Positions 18,980 to 26,899 are shown, counted from the first letter of the stretch. The stretch: 30,896 nucleotides of DNA from Bacteroidales bacterium (GCA_049516815.1 JBEKST010000001.1:1-30896); one strand, 5' to 3'. Program-made: numbers and translations. Notes: generated by a model not told the origin, from the letters alone.

Positions 18980-19630
18980 TCACTGCACATCAATCACCCT
19001 GAACGACGTGCTCACCGGCACTCCTCTGAAATTTTCAATGAAACGTTCAGATACCCGCGACAGGCATCCTGTATCCATTGGCAATCCCATATTTATCGTA
19101 TCATTGATCACTTTCACATAGAACTTCTCACTGAGCACGATCCTGTTTTCAATGCTCTTGGTCATAAGCCGGGCCGTAAGATCAACATCGCTGCCATAAT
19201 AATCATCGGCACCTTCGAAAAAGGTGATGTTGTATACCTCCGTACAATAATGGATTGCTACCTTGCAGCTAAGATAAAGGTCCTGGTCGGGATGGTTTTT
19301 AATAAGAAACAGCCCTGCATAGATATCTTCGAGCAAGGCAAAACAAGTATTGTTCGAAGATTTCTTTTGCAAAACTTCATCAGGAATAAAGAGCATCATC
19401 TCATCCCCGATACCCTTGACAATATGTTGCTGAAAATGATTGGTATATAAAAGACTGTTGAAAGTATTGTTCAGCTTCCTACCCCAATTTTTCAGACCAC
19501 CCTGGTATTTTATATCGGTCGAGCGGTTGATATCCATAAAGAAACATATCCCCGGGCAACGCGGAATTTGTTCCAATGCCCGCACCATTTCCTCAGAGTT
19601 CGGATCAGTGTAATGAATGTAATGAGCCAT
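18980..19630 (-). CDS. Stand-alone class III nucleotidyl (adenylate/guanylate-type) cyclase domain protein
   Basis: 216 aa. FMDINRST (first metal Asp), VKGIGDEMM (second metal Asp, specificity Lys), KVAIH, DYYGSDVDLTARL. ATG overlaps the STAS stop (TGATG). Confidence 0.78.
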   Translation of the reverse strand: MAHYIHYTDPNSEEMVRALEQIPRCPGICFFMDINRSTDIKYQGGLKNWGRKLNNTFNSLLYTNHFQQHIVKGIGDEMMLFIPDEVLQKKSSNNTCFALLEDIYAGLFLIKNHPDQDLYLSCKVAIHYCTEVYNITFFEGADDYYGSDVDLTARLMTKSIENRIVLSEKFYVKVINDTINMGLPMDTGCLSRVSERFIENFRGVPVSTSFRVIDVQ

Positions 19631-19962
19631 CAGAATACCTTTAAGGCATCCTCTCTGGATAAATGAATCTCAAAAATGCTCGTAAATCCCGATATTTCGA
19701 AGATTTCATGAATATTCTCCTGTAAACAGCACAATACAAACTTCCCTTTCATCTGGGTAATCTTTTTCAAGGCCATCAGAAGAATACGCAAACCACTGCT
19801 GCTGATATAGTCCATTTTAGAACAATCAACCAGAATTTTATCATGATGGCTGTCGATCAACTCCATGAGTTTTCTTTCCAACATGCTGTAACTTGTCGTA
19901 TCAAGCCGGCCTGTTATGCCAATGATCACGCACTGATCTGTTTCCTGTTCTTTGATTTCCAT
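19630..19962 (-). CDS. STAS-domain anti-sigma factor antagonist (RsbV/SpoIIAA-like)
   Basis: 110 aa. GRLDTTS, VDCSKMDYISSSGLRILL with the phospho-acceptor Ser, FEISGF. Confidence 0.94.
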   Translation of the reverse strand: MEIKEQETDQCVIIGITGRLDTTSYSMLERKLMELIDSHHDKILVDCSKMDYISSSGLRILLMALKKITQMKGKFVLCCLQENIHEIFEISGFTSIFEIHLSREDALKVF

Positions 19963-19984
19963 ATGATTAATCTTTGGTTTTAGG

Positions 19985-20401
19985 TTAAAAATTCTTCATT
20001 AAAATTACGATATTTTTATCAACTGTCCGTTTATAATCCACGCTGTTCATCAATTCCCTGACGAAATGGATACCCAGGCCGCCAATCTGGCGATCCTCAA
20101 TTGATTTATCTAAAGTACTGTTCATGTTTTTCTCCAGCAGGTTAAAAGGTTTGCCATCATCCTCAAGGCATATCTTTAGGTGATGCTCATCAATCAGCAC
20201 GAAATCAAGGATGATATTGTGCTCCATCTTATCGTCATAGGCGTAGAAAACCACATTGGTAAACAACTCCTCCAACACGAGGTTGATCTCCATCACGATC
20301 TCTGTGGGAATGTTCCATTTTACAGACAATTCTTCCACATTGATTGCAAGTTTCTCAAGTTCTTTAATCTGGTTCTTAAGAATTAATTGAAAAGTTTGCA
20401 T
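19985..20401 (-). CDS. RsbW/SpoIIAB-like anti-sigma factor, Ser kinase (GHKL ATP-binding)
   Basis: 138 aa. N-box LEELFTNVVFYAY, G1 LEDDGKPFN, G2 IGGLGIHFV. Confidence 0.92.
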   Translation of the reverse strand: MQTFQLILKNQIKELEKLAINVEELSVKWNIPTEIVMEINLVLEELFTNVVFYAYDDKMEHNIILDFVLIDEHHLKICLEDDGKPFNLLEKNMNSTLDKSIEDRQIGGLGIHFVRELMNSVDYKRTVDKNIVILMKNF

Positions 20402-20463
20402 GGGTTTGTCTGTAGTTGATGGACAATGAGTGCCTCAATTGACCAGTATTTTATTTTTCTTGT

Positions 20464-20471
20464 CAAATGTA
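20464..20471 (-). promoter_or_regulatory. -7 box TACATTTG upstream of the RsbW-STAS-cyclase operon
   Basis: Exact TAnnTTTG match about 60 nt upstream of ATG 20401. Confidence 0.55.
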
Positions 20472-20590
20472 CTGAAAAACGATTAATTTTTTTAATTTCA
20501 TCCCTGCTTCATAATCAAAATAACTTTCGTACTTTGGGTCTCATGAAACTTTAACAACGAATAAATATCACAATCATTAACATATAGCCC

Positions 20591-20902
20591 ATGGTAACTT
20601 TCAATGTTAGTCCTGACGAAAAAGAATTTACAGCAACTTTTATCGGGCGACTCGACACCCTCGCTGTTCAGAAACTGGATGAAATAATCAAGATCAACCT
20701 TCCGGTAAAAAAGGGAACTTCATCTATGAAGATCATCTTTGACCTGAAGGATGTCGACTATATTTCATCTTCATTCATTCGGGTTTGTGTAAACGTTGCG
20801 AAACAAGCCGGACCTGGACAGTTTTCAGTTGTTCATTGTCAGCCCTTTATCATGAAAACATTTAAACTTTCGGGGCTGGATGAGATCCTGAATGTTTCGT
20901 AG
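20591..20902 (+). CDS. Second STAS-domain anti-sigma factor antagonist
   Basis: 103 aa. GRLDTLA, FDLKDVDYISSSFIRV, FKLSGLD. Divergent from the RsbW gene. Confidence 0.87.
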   Translation: MVTFNVSPDEKEFTATFIGRLDTLAVQKLDEIIKINLPVKKGTSSMKIIFDLKDVDYISSSFIRVCVNVAKQAGPGQFSVVHCQPFIMKTFKLSGLDEILNVS

Positions 20903-20975
20903 ATCGGGTTTGTGACTTTTTTCGGGTCTTTGTCTCGTCCTGGCCCGGCAGTGAGAATTCCGAAACCAGAGCCAA

Positions 20976-22022
20976 TCATTGCTGATGGTCGAAAAACGGT
21001 GTCAAAAATGACACAACATTTCTGGCAAGAAATTCTTTATTGTACCCTCCCTCCATCACGATCAGGGTGGGAATTTTCAATTCGGTGATCAGATATTCTG
21101 CAAGGCGAGGGTATATTTTTGCAGATAAGCTGAAATTACCGAGCTGGTCTTTCTCGAATGTATCAACGCCAAAGGATATTACAAGATAGCTTGCCCTGAA
21201 ATGTCGTAATGCGGAGACCGCATCACAGAATACCTTAAAATAAAATTTGTCGGTAATTCCTGGAGGTAGCGGGAAATTGATGTTTTTAGAAGTGTTTTCC
21301 GATACAAATCCTGTCAGATAGGGATAAGAATAATCGGGATCTCCGTGTATAGAGATGAACAGTATATTTTCAAGGTGCTGAACAATATCCTGGGTGCCGT
21401 TGCCATGATGGAAATCAAGATCGAGAATACCAACTTTCACACTTCCATTACCATTCAGTTCTCCCGTATCCTGCAGGTATTTAGTTGCCAGTGCTGCATT
21501 GTTAACAAAGCAATACCCGCCGGCATAATCAAATCCTGCATGATGTCCGGGAGGACGGCACAGGGAAAACACCCGGGATTGGCCCAGCAGGAGGTGTTTT
21601 GCTCCGGTAAGCGCTGTAAATCCTGAAAATCTGACGGCTTCCCAGGTGCCCTTGACAATCATGGTAGAGCTGTCTGTCATATAAAACCCGGCTTTCCCTA
21701 CCGGGCTTTTCATGGGTGGATGTTCCCGTAGCTTTCCGATTGCAAAAAATTCCGGCATAATACCTTCAGCCCATAATCCTGCAGTAATCCATTCTTCATA
21801 AGCTGTTTTAAGGTATTCAAGGTATTCTGATGAATGAACCTTATAAAAATGACCAAGATCGAATTGTTCTGCTCTTAAAAGTTCCACCTCCTTAACATCC
21901 AGAAGAAACTCATAGATAAGTTCAGCCCTTTCGGGTGACTCACCATATGCCACAACCTGGTTTGAGATGAATTCCTTGGGAGGATTATGCAGGATATGAT
22001 GCGGGGAATAGACGACAATCAT
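20976..22022 (-). CDS. Histone-deacetylase-fold enzyme, acetylpolyamine amidohydrolase (APAH)-like subfamily
   Basis: 348 aa. CRPPGHHAG, GGYCFVNNAA, LDLDFHHGNGTQ, SFGVDTF, MEGGY. The N-terminus (YSPHHILHNPPKE...ESPERA) and mid insert follow the pattern of Mycoplana ramosa APAH as recalled. Confidence 0.9.
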   Translation of the reverse strand: MIVVYSPHHILHNPPKEFISNQVVAYGESPERAELIYEFLLDVKEVELLRAEQFDLGHFYKVHSSEYLEYLKTAYEEWITAGLWAEGIMPEFFAIGKLREHPPMKSPVGKAGFYMTDSSTMIVKGTWEAVRFSGFTALTGAKHLLLGQSRVFSLCRPPGHHAGFDYAGGYCFVNNAALATKYLQDTGELNGNGSVKVGILDLDFHHGNGTQDIVQHLENILFISIHGDPDYSYPYLTGFVSENTSKNINFPLPPGITDKFYFKVFCDAVSALRHFRASYLVISFGVDTFEKDQLGNFSLSAKIYPRLAEYLITELKIPTLIVMEGGYNKEFLARNVVSFLTPFFDHQQ

Positions 22023-22036
22023 GGTTTCTGCTGAAT

Positions 22037-23533
22037 TTAGCTGATGATGTTCGGGTCGCGTTCCCTGATATAGGTCAGCAATTCTTTAGCAACATCACTG
22101 ACCAGGAGAATTTTACTGTAGTCAAGATCCACATTGTTCAGGTACTGCAGCACCAGAGCATCTCCGATGCGGGATTCGGGCAATATTCCGGCAAAGAAAA
22201 AACCCAGTTTTTCAAACTCTGCTGTGAGCCAGTATGTCAACGGATCTTCTAATTTCAGGAAAAGGTTGATCGCCGAGATTTGCTTGACGCAAAAACCCTG
22301 CAGAATTTTACGTAGCTGAAGTTTGACATCAGATCCATAGCTGGCAACAAAGATCTCGGCACAACCCTCTAATTCATTTACTCCTGTTTTGATAATTGCC
22401 GCTGGTCTATCATATATGAAGGAATCTGCCGAAGGGACCATAAAGTTAGGCGTTGAGCCCAGGTTTTGATATAGTCTTGAAATCATCACTTTATGATGTT
22501 CCGGGGCAAAAAGATTATACTGAACCGGAGGCATCATATATCTGAAGCCAAGGGCCACGCTGATCCGTTGCGAGGTGTCATCCGTGATGCCTTTAAATTT
22601 CCAGGAACCAGGACTTGTGGCAAGCATGATCCCGCAATCTTTGATCTGGAATTTGATCATTGATTTTTGCGTAAAAATATGGTTGGTAACCGCATAGGCA
22701 TATATCCCCCTGAGCTCGCGCTTTTTGGGAACCTGGAACAAATAATCCACCAATTTATTTAATGCTCCTTGTCCACGGTATTCAACATTAACGAAAACAA
22801 AAGTCAACTCAGCAATCGTATCTTCGGGATATTGATACAGAAGAGCCCCATGTCCCATGAAAACATTATCTTTTGTCACGGCAACAGCGGAGATCATCTC
22901 GGATGTCCTGTTCATCTCAACCAGACGTTCAGGATAATAAATATGATCATCAAAAAAAGTATATCCATGGGTTTTATAAGCACAACGGGATACTTCAATA
23001 GCTTCATGTTCATCTAATCCCCTTACAATGTATTCGATCTTTTCGGTGATGATGATACCCGGAGATTGCTTTTCCGAAGTAATTTCTTGCCGATTTTTAT
23101 GTTCATGATTATCAGCGACATATTTGATCATGACCGTCTCTTTTCCCTGTGTCCCGAGATTGTGAAACGAAAGCTCATCCATCATTTTCTGAATGAGATA
23201 AATTCCCAGTCCGGATGTGGACAGGTCATCGAGGTTTTTCGTCAATTCATATTTTTTAACCCGCTCAGGATCAAATGGGATACCCATTTCTTTAAGAACG
23301 ATTTTTATTCCGCCCGGGATTTTCTCACAGATTACATCGAATGTGGGATTCTCCTCATCGCTGGCGTGAATCATGACATTCGAGACGGATTCCTCAATGG
23401 CAATATCGATTTGATCAAGCTGATTCCCGGAAAAACCGATCACTTTAGCTATTTCCCTGACAAATAACTGAACTATGAAAGAATAACTCAGTTTGTTGGG
23501 AAAGGTCATTTTGATTGATTCGTTGGTTTCCAT
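22037..23533 (-). CDS. RsbW-like GHKL kinase domain fused to a GNAT N-acetyltransferase and a further C-terminal domain
   Basis: Likely ATG 23533 (METNES...). N-box IEESVSNVMIHA, KEMGIPFD, SGLGIYLI. GNAT acetyl-CoA motif FVNVEYRGQG. Stop lies 14 nt before the deacetylase ATG. Confidence 0.85.
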   Translation of the reverse strand: METNESIKMTFPNKLSYSFIVQLFVREIAKVIGFSGNQLDQIDIAIEESVSNVMIHASDEENPTFDVICEKIPGGIKIVLKEMGIPFDPERVKKYELTKNLDDLSTSGLGIYLIQKMMDELSFHNLGTQGKETVMIKYVADNHEHKNRQEITSEKQSPGIIITEKIEYIVRGLDEHEAIEVSRCAYKTHGYTFFDDHIYYPERLVEMNRTSEMISAVAVTKDNVFMGHGALLYQYPEDTIAELTFVFVNVEYRGQGALNKLVDYLFQVPKKRELRGIYAYAVTNHIFTQKSMIKFQIKDCGIMLATSPGSWKFKGITDDTSQRISVALGFRYMMPPVQYNLFAPEHHKVMISRLYQNLGSTPNFMVPSADSFIYDRPAAIIKTGVNELEGCAEIFVASYGSDVKLQLRKILQGFCVKQISAINLFLKLEDPLTYWLTAEFEKLGFFFAGILPESRIGDALVLQYLNNVDLDYSKILLVSDVAKELLTYIRERDPNIIS

Positions 23534-23603
23534 AAGTAGAGGGTTATTATGAGTTTGCAATTTTACATATGACAATCTGTGGAAATCACATTAAAAACCT
23601 GAA

Positions 23604-23627
23604 CAAAATTAGCATCATACAAATATA
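23604..23627 (-). promoter_or_regulatory. Two tandem -7 boxes (TATATTTG 23620-23627; TAATTTTG 23604-23611) upstream of the kinase-GNAT gene
   Basis: Two exact TAnnTTTG matches on the - strand, 70-95 nt upstream of ATG 23533. Confidence 0.5.
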
Positions 23628-23751
23628 TATTTATTTGACCGAATTATTTCGTGGCATATACAATCTATTCGTTTCAATAAAATAATGTATTTGGGAATCA
23701 AATTCAGGAATTTATCCAGGTTACCCATCGGTTCAGGACAATGTTAATTAT

Positions 23752-23806
23752 ACTGCATCTTAATAAAATTAATAAAAATGCAAAGCATTTTTCTTATAGA
23801 TGCAGT
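23752..23806. repeat. Nested inverted repeat in the divergent intergenic region
   Basis: Outer arms ACTGCATCT (23752-23760) / AGATGCAGT (23798-23806). Inner arms AAAAATGC (23774-23781) / GCATTTTT (23785-23792) around AAA. Confidence 0.6.
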
Positions 23807-24048
23807 GATGCCGATAGGAACAGTAGCTAAGATTTTGCAAACTTGTTCTGTATTGGTATAATTTCATTACTTTTGATGGAGGCTTTGGTTTTCATAGTTC
23901 CTGGATTTTTTGTCAGATACTAATCTGAAGTAATGGTTATCAACGCCTTAACCATATGTTATTTACCGGAATGGTGTGACAACCCGGGATATGTTCAATT
24001 TTCTCAGTCAGACCGGGCATTAATGCTCAAATTGTAGGGTCTGTTTAG

Positions 24049-24056
24049 TACATTTG
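24049..24056 (+). promoter_or_regulatory. -7 box TACATTTG upstream of the STAS-kinase fusion
   Basis: Exact TAnnTTTG match 42 nt upstream of ATG 24099. Confidence 0.55.
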
Positions 24057-24098
24057 ATCCTTTCTGTTTTTGATTACAGACTCTAAAATGTATTGATC

Positions 24099-26327
24099 AT
24101 GGAGATTATCACTGATGAGAAAATCCGTTGCGTTAAACCTATAGGCAGGCTGGATGTCAATAGCAGCAATGACCTTGATCTTGCCCTGATGGCTTTGCCC
24201 GAAAATGGTCAGGATATCATTATTGACTTGTCGGAATGTCCATATTTGTCAAGTGCAGGAATAAGGATATTGTTAAAAACCAAAAAGAAATTACAATCCG
24301 GTCAAAACGAACTTTTCGTGACCGGTGTCGTTCCGGAGGTGTTTCATGTGCTTGAGATAGCAGGTCTGCACCGCATTTTACACTTCGAGGCCAATGTGAA
24401 AACTGCTTTGACCGTCATTCAATCCGGCAGGAAAAATAAAACTGACAGCACAGAGATTGCCGTCGGTCATCATCATTTGGTCTATCAGCCAACAGGAGGA
24501 GACAAAATAACAGGACAACTCTGTCTGGCAACAGAGATAGTGAGTTATCATGAACTTGGTTATTCTATTGGCTTTGGATCATTCTCCAGTCCCATAGCGA
24601 CCGATACAGATTGTTCCGATTTCTTTGCTGTTCTTGAAAATTGTGCCGGTTTTATACCACTAAATCAATCCACGGATCCTGACTTCAGAATTACTTCCGA
24701 TCCTTTAAAGACCGGCTTATCGGTTTGTGAAGCCCTGTCATTCGGACAACACCCGACGGGTTCAATGAAATCAACCACACCTGGAAAATTGACATTCGGT
24801 CAGCTTGACGACGCTATCAATCATTTGAGGGAAGATACATTTTCAAAAAGTTCTGTCATACTACTGGTTGTGGTAAACTTCGATAGCAACGAACCTTCAC
24901 TGAGTCTTGTGTTGACAAATAATGCTGATTTGGCAGGTACTGTCAAGGATAACGGAATGAATCATTTCCAACATCTACTGTCAGAAAATGCCGGAAAGAA
25001 GAATTTCATCGGAATGACTTTTGTACTTTCTGAATTGAATCTTTCTGCACAGGGAGATTCATTCAATGACATCGTCCAGCAGCAATTGACTTTTGAAAAC
25101 ATCATGGCCGTTGAGCCTTTAAATTTGGGCAAGTTCCTCGAAAACCCTGTCGTTTGGCTATTTCATGCCGAAAAATTCGTCGACGGCAAAACGAAAAGGT
25201 TAACCATTGAGACAAAACCCGGATTTGTTTTCGAATCGCACAAAGCATTTCTGGCCAGACTGCTCTATACCGATTCGTCAAAGTTACTGGTCGATCCCTT
25301 GCATGGAGGATATTCGGCACAAACCTTTCAAGTTACCTCATTCGACCATGAAGGCCGGAAGATGAGACCTACCGTTCTCAAGATCGCGAATCGTAACTTG
25401 ATCACCAGGGAATCGGAAAGATGCAAACAATTTGCTCTTCCCTACATTTTTAACAATAGCGCGGTAGTACTGGGGGCAGAATACTATGGCGAAACAGGAG
25501 CGCTTCGTTATAATTTCGTTGGCATAGGGGGTGAATCGAGCCAATTGAAATGGTTGACTCATTATTACCTCCAGTCGGACATTTCTTTCCTTGAACCGCT
25601 TTTCGATAAAGTTTTTCTGCAAATCCTGAAACCGTGGTATGGCCAGCCAGTAATGAAAACCATCTTCCCGTTCAGAGACCATGACCCGACTTTTACGTTT
25701 TTTCCCCATATCTACCAAACAGTCAACGACCTGTTTTCCATCTCGACAGATAAAAAATACATTGTTATCCCGGAAGAGAGCCGACCTGTCCTGAACCCTT
25801 ATTGGTTTCTGAAACATGAATTTGCAAGACGCCGTGACTGGGGCATAGAATATTTCACAGGAATTTGCCATGGTGACCTGAATATGCAGAATATTCTGCT
25901 GGATGAAAACATGAACGTCTATCTCATCGATTTCTCTGAAACAAAACCCAGGTCGGTCATCTCCGACTTTGCCCGTCTCGAAGCCATTTTCCTGATCGAT
26001 AATGCGCCATTGGAAAATGAGTCCGACATGGTTGATTATCTTAATTTCATTTACGGATTTTACAAAAGTGACAATTTAGGTGACATCCCGGAAATCGACT
26101 ATACCGGAAAGCACCGCGGGAAAGTGAGTAAAAATGCCGCACTTGCGTTAAAAATGAGGAAATATGCCCTTGACAGCGCCAAAGGCAACCCCAATCCTGT
26201 ACCATATTATATAGCCCTGCTTGAATGGGTATTGCCTGTTGTTTGCTATACTCTGCCTGTCCCTCAGCGGCGTCTGTCGATGATTGTATCATCCATCCTG
26301 TGCGAAAAAGTGATGGCAGCTGAATAA
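24099..26327 (+). CDS. STAS domain + unknown middle domain + APH/protein-kinase-like phosphotransferase
   Basis: Likely ATG 24099. STAS (GRLDVNSS, DLSECPYLSSAGIRILL, LEIAGL). Kinase motifs LHGGYSAQTF (Gly loop), TVLKI, CHGDLNMQNIL, YLIDFS, SDFARLE. Confidence 0.82.
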   Translation: MEIITDEKIRCVKPIGRLDVNSSNDLDLALMALPENGQDIIIDLSECPYLSSAGIRILLKTKKKLQSGQNELFVTGVVPEVFHVLEIAGLHRILHFEANVKTALTVIQSGRKNKTDSTEIAVGHHHLVYQPTGGDKITGQLCLATEIVSYHELGYSIGFGSFSSPIATDTDCSDFFAVLENCAGFIPLNQSTDPDFRITSDPLKTGLSVCEALSFGQHPTGSMKSTTPGKLTFGQLDDAINHLREDTFSKSSVILLVVVNFDSNEPSLSLVLTNNADLAGTVKDNGMNHFQHLLSENAGKKNFIGMTFVLSELNLSAQGDSFNDIVQQQLTFENIMAVEPLNLGKFLENPVVWLFHAEKFVDGKTKRLTIETKPGFVFESHKAFLARLLYTDSSKLLVDPLHGGYSAQTFQVTSFDHEGRKMRPTVLKIANRNLITRESERCKQFALPYIFNNSAVVLGAEYYGETGALRYNFVGIGGESSQLKWLTHYYLQSDISFLEPLFDKVFLQILKPWYGQPVMKTIFPFRDHDPTFTFFPHIYQTVNDLFSISTDKKYIVIPEESRPVLNPYWFLKHEFARRRDWGIEYFTGICHGDLNMQNILLDENMNVYLIDFSETKPRSVISDFARLEAIFLIDNAPLENESDMVDYLNFIYGFYKSDNLGDIPEIDYTGKHRGKVSKNAALALKMRKYALDSAKGNPNPVPYYIALLEWVLPVVCYTLPVPQRRLSMIVSSILCEKVMAAE

Positions 26328-26529
26328 TTGGGTTAATTGGAAAAAACGCCCTAAATATTCAATCTCCGCCAATGTAAATCAATGAGATTAAAATTTTTCA
26401 AACATCATGCAAAAAAATTTCAAAGTCGAATTGATATCGAGAGCGAAGCGAATCGGAATCTACTCGTTATAGTTGGACCAGTGTTGGCCTGTCAGTTTGG
26501 TTACTGATACCATAGTCACGTTTCTGAAC

Positions 26530-26658
26530 ATCATCATCGCCATGGCAGGCCTGGGGCTTGTTATTGTAAATGCCCTGAGTGAATCTTCCCGGGGATTATT
26601 CATGATTGCTTCAACCATTCCTATCGCTGTTTTCATGGTTGTTTGGATTTATTTTCTT
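26530..26658 (+). pseudogene. cstA: Internal fragment of a carbon starvation protein CstA-like transporter
   Basis: IIIAMAGLGLVIVNALSESSRGLFMIASTIPIAVFM matches the recalled CstA segment (approx. IIALAGLGLVVVNALAESxWGxFTIAxTIPIALFM). The conserved W appears as R (CGG). Flanking codons look unrelated and the gene is otherwise absent. Confidence 0.6.
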
Positions 26659-26848
26659 GGTCATGCAAGATTCCTGGCAAATATTAAAAGACAAGGCGCA
26701 GTGTATCTGCGAAATGAAAAATATTTTATTAATGGAATAGTAACGAATAGGCGTTTCCGGAATCAGGTTTAGTTCTGAATTGAATAGTTCCAAGTAGTCC
26801 CGTATTAAAACTTGCCCAGAGTCAAATGATAAGATGGTAAAATGTAAG

Positions 26849-26870
26849 ACCTGCCTACCGGCAGGCAGGT
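26849..26870. repeat. REP-like GC-rich palindrome ACCTGCCTACCGGCAGGCAGGT
   Basis: 22-bp palindrome with one mismatched pair. It resembles the CCTGCCTnCCGGCAGGCAGG interspersed repeat I recall from Bacteroidota genomes. Confidence 0.7.
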
Positions 26871-26899
26871 GGCAAAATGATATTACCATTTTGCCACCT
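26867..26899. repeat. Perfect 13-bp inverted repeat overlapping the palindrome
   Basis: AGGTGGCAAAATG-ATATTAC-CATTTTGCCACCT. Related units occur nearby: ATGGTAAAATG (26834-26844) and TTACCATTTTGC twice (26883-26894, 26899-26910). Confidence 0.7.

Noticed and set aside
18899-19450. 183-aa ORF overlapping the cyclase gene in another frame
   Set aside because: The 216-aa frame carries the cyclase motifs and is coupled to the STAS stop. This frame has neither.
18980-19630. Pycsar anti-phage system call for the stand-alone cyclase
   Set aside because: No adjacent cNMP-binding TIR or TM effector. The context is partner-switch signalling.
25338-25871. 177-aa - strand ORF inside the STAS-kinase gene
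   Set aside because: It is antisense to the kinase domain and has no recognisable features.
26407-26472. 21-codon ORF MQKNFKVELISRAKRIGIYSL, faintly like the start of a four-helix-bundle (IVS-type) protein
   Set aside because: It is too short, and the resemblance is too weak to support without a search.
26473-26772. 99-aa ORF as an intact gene
   Set aside because: Only the central 43 codons look protein-like (CstA fragment). The rest reads as non-coding, so it was reported as a pseudogene fragment.
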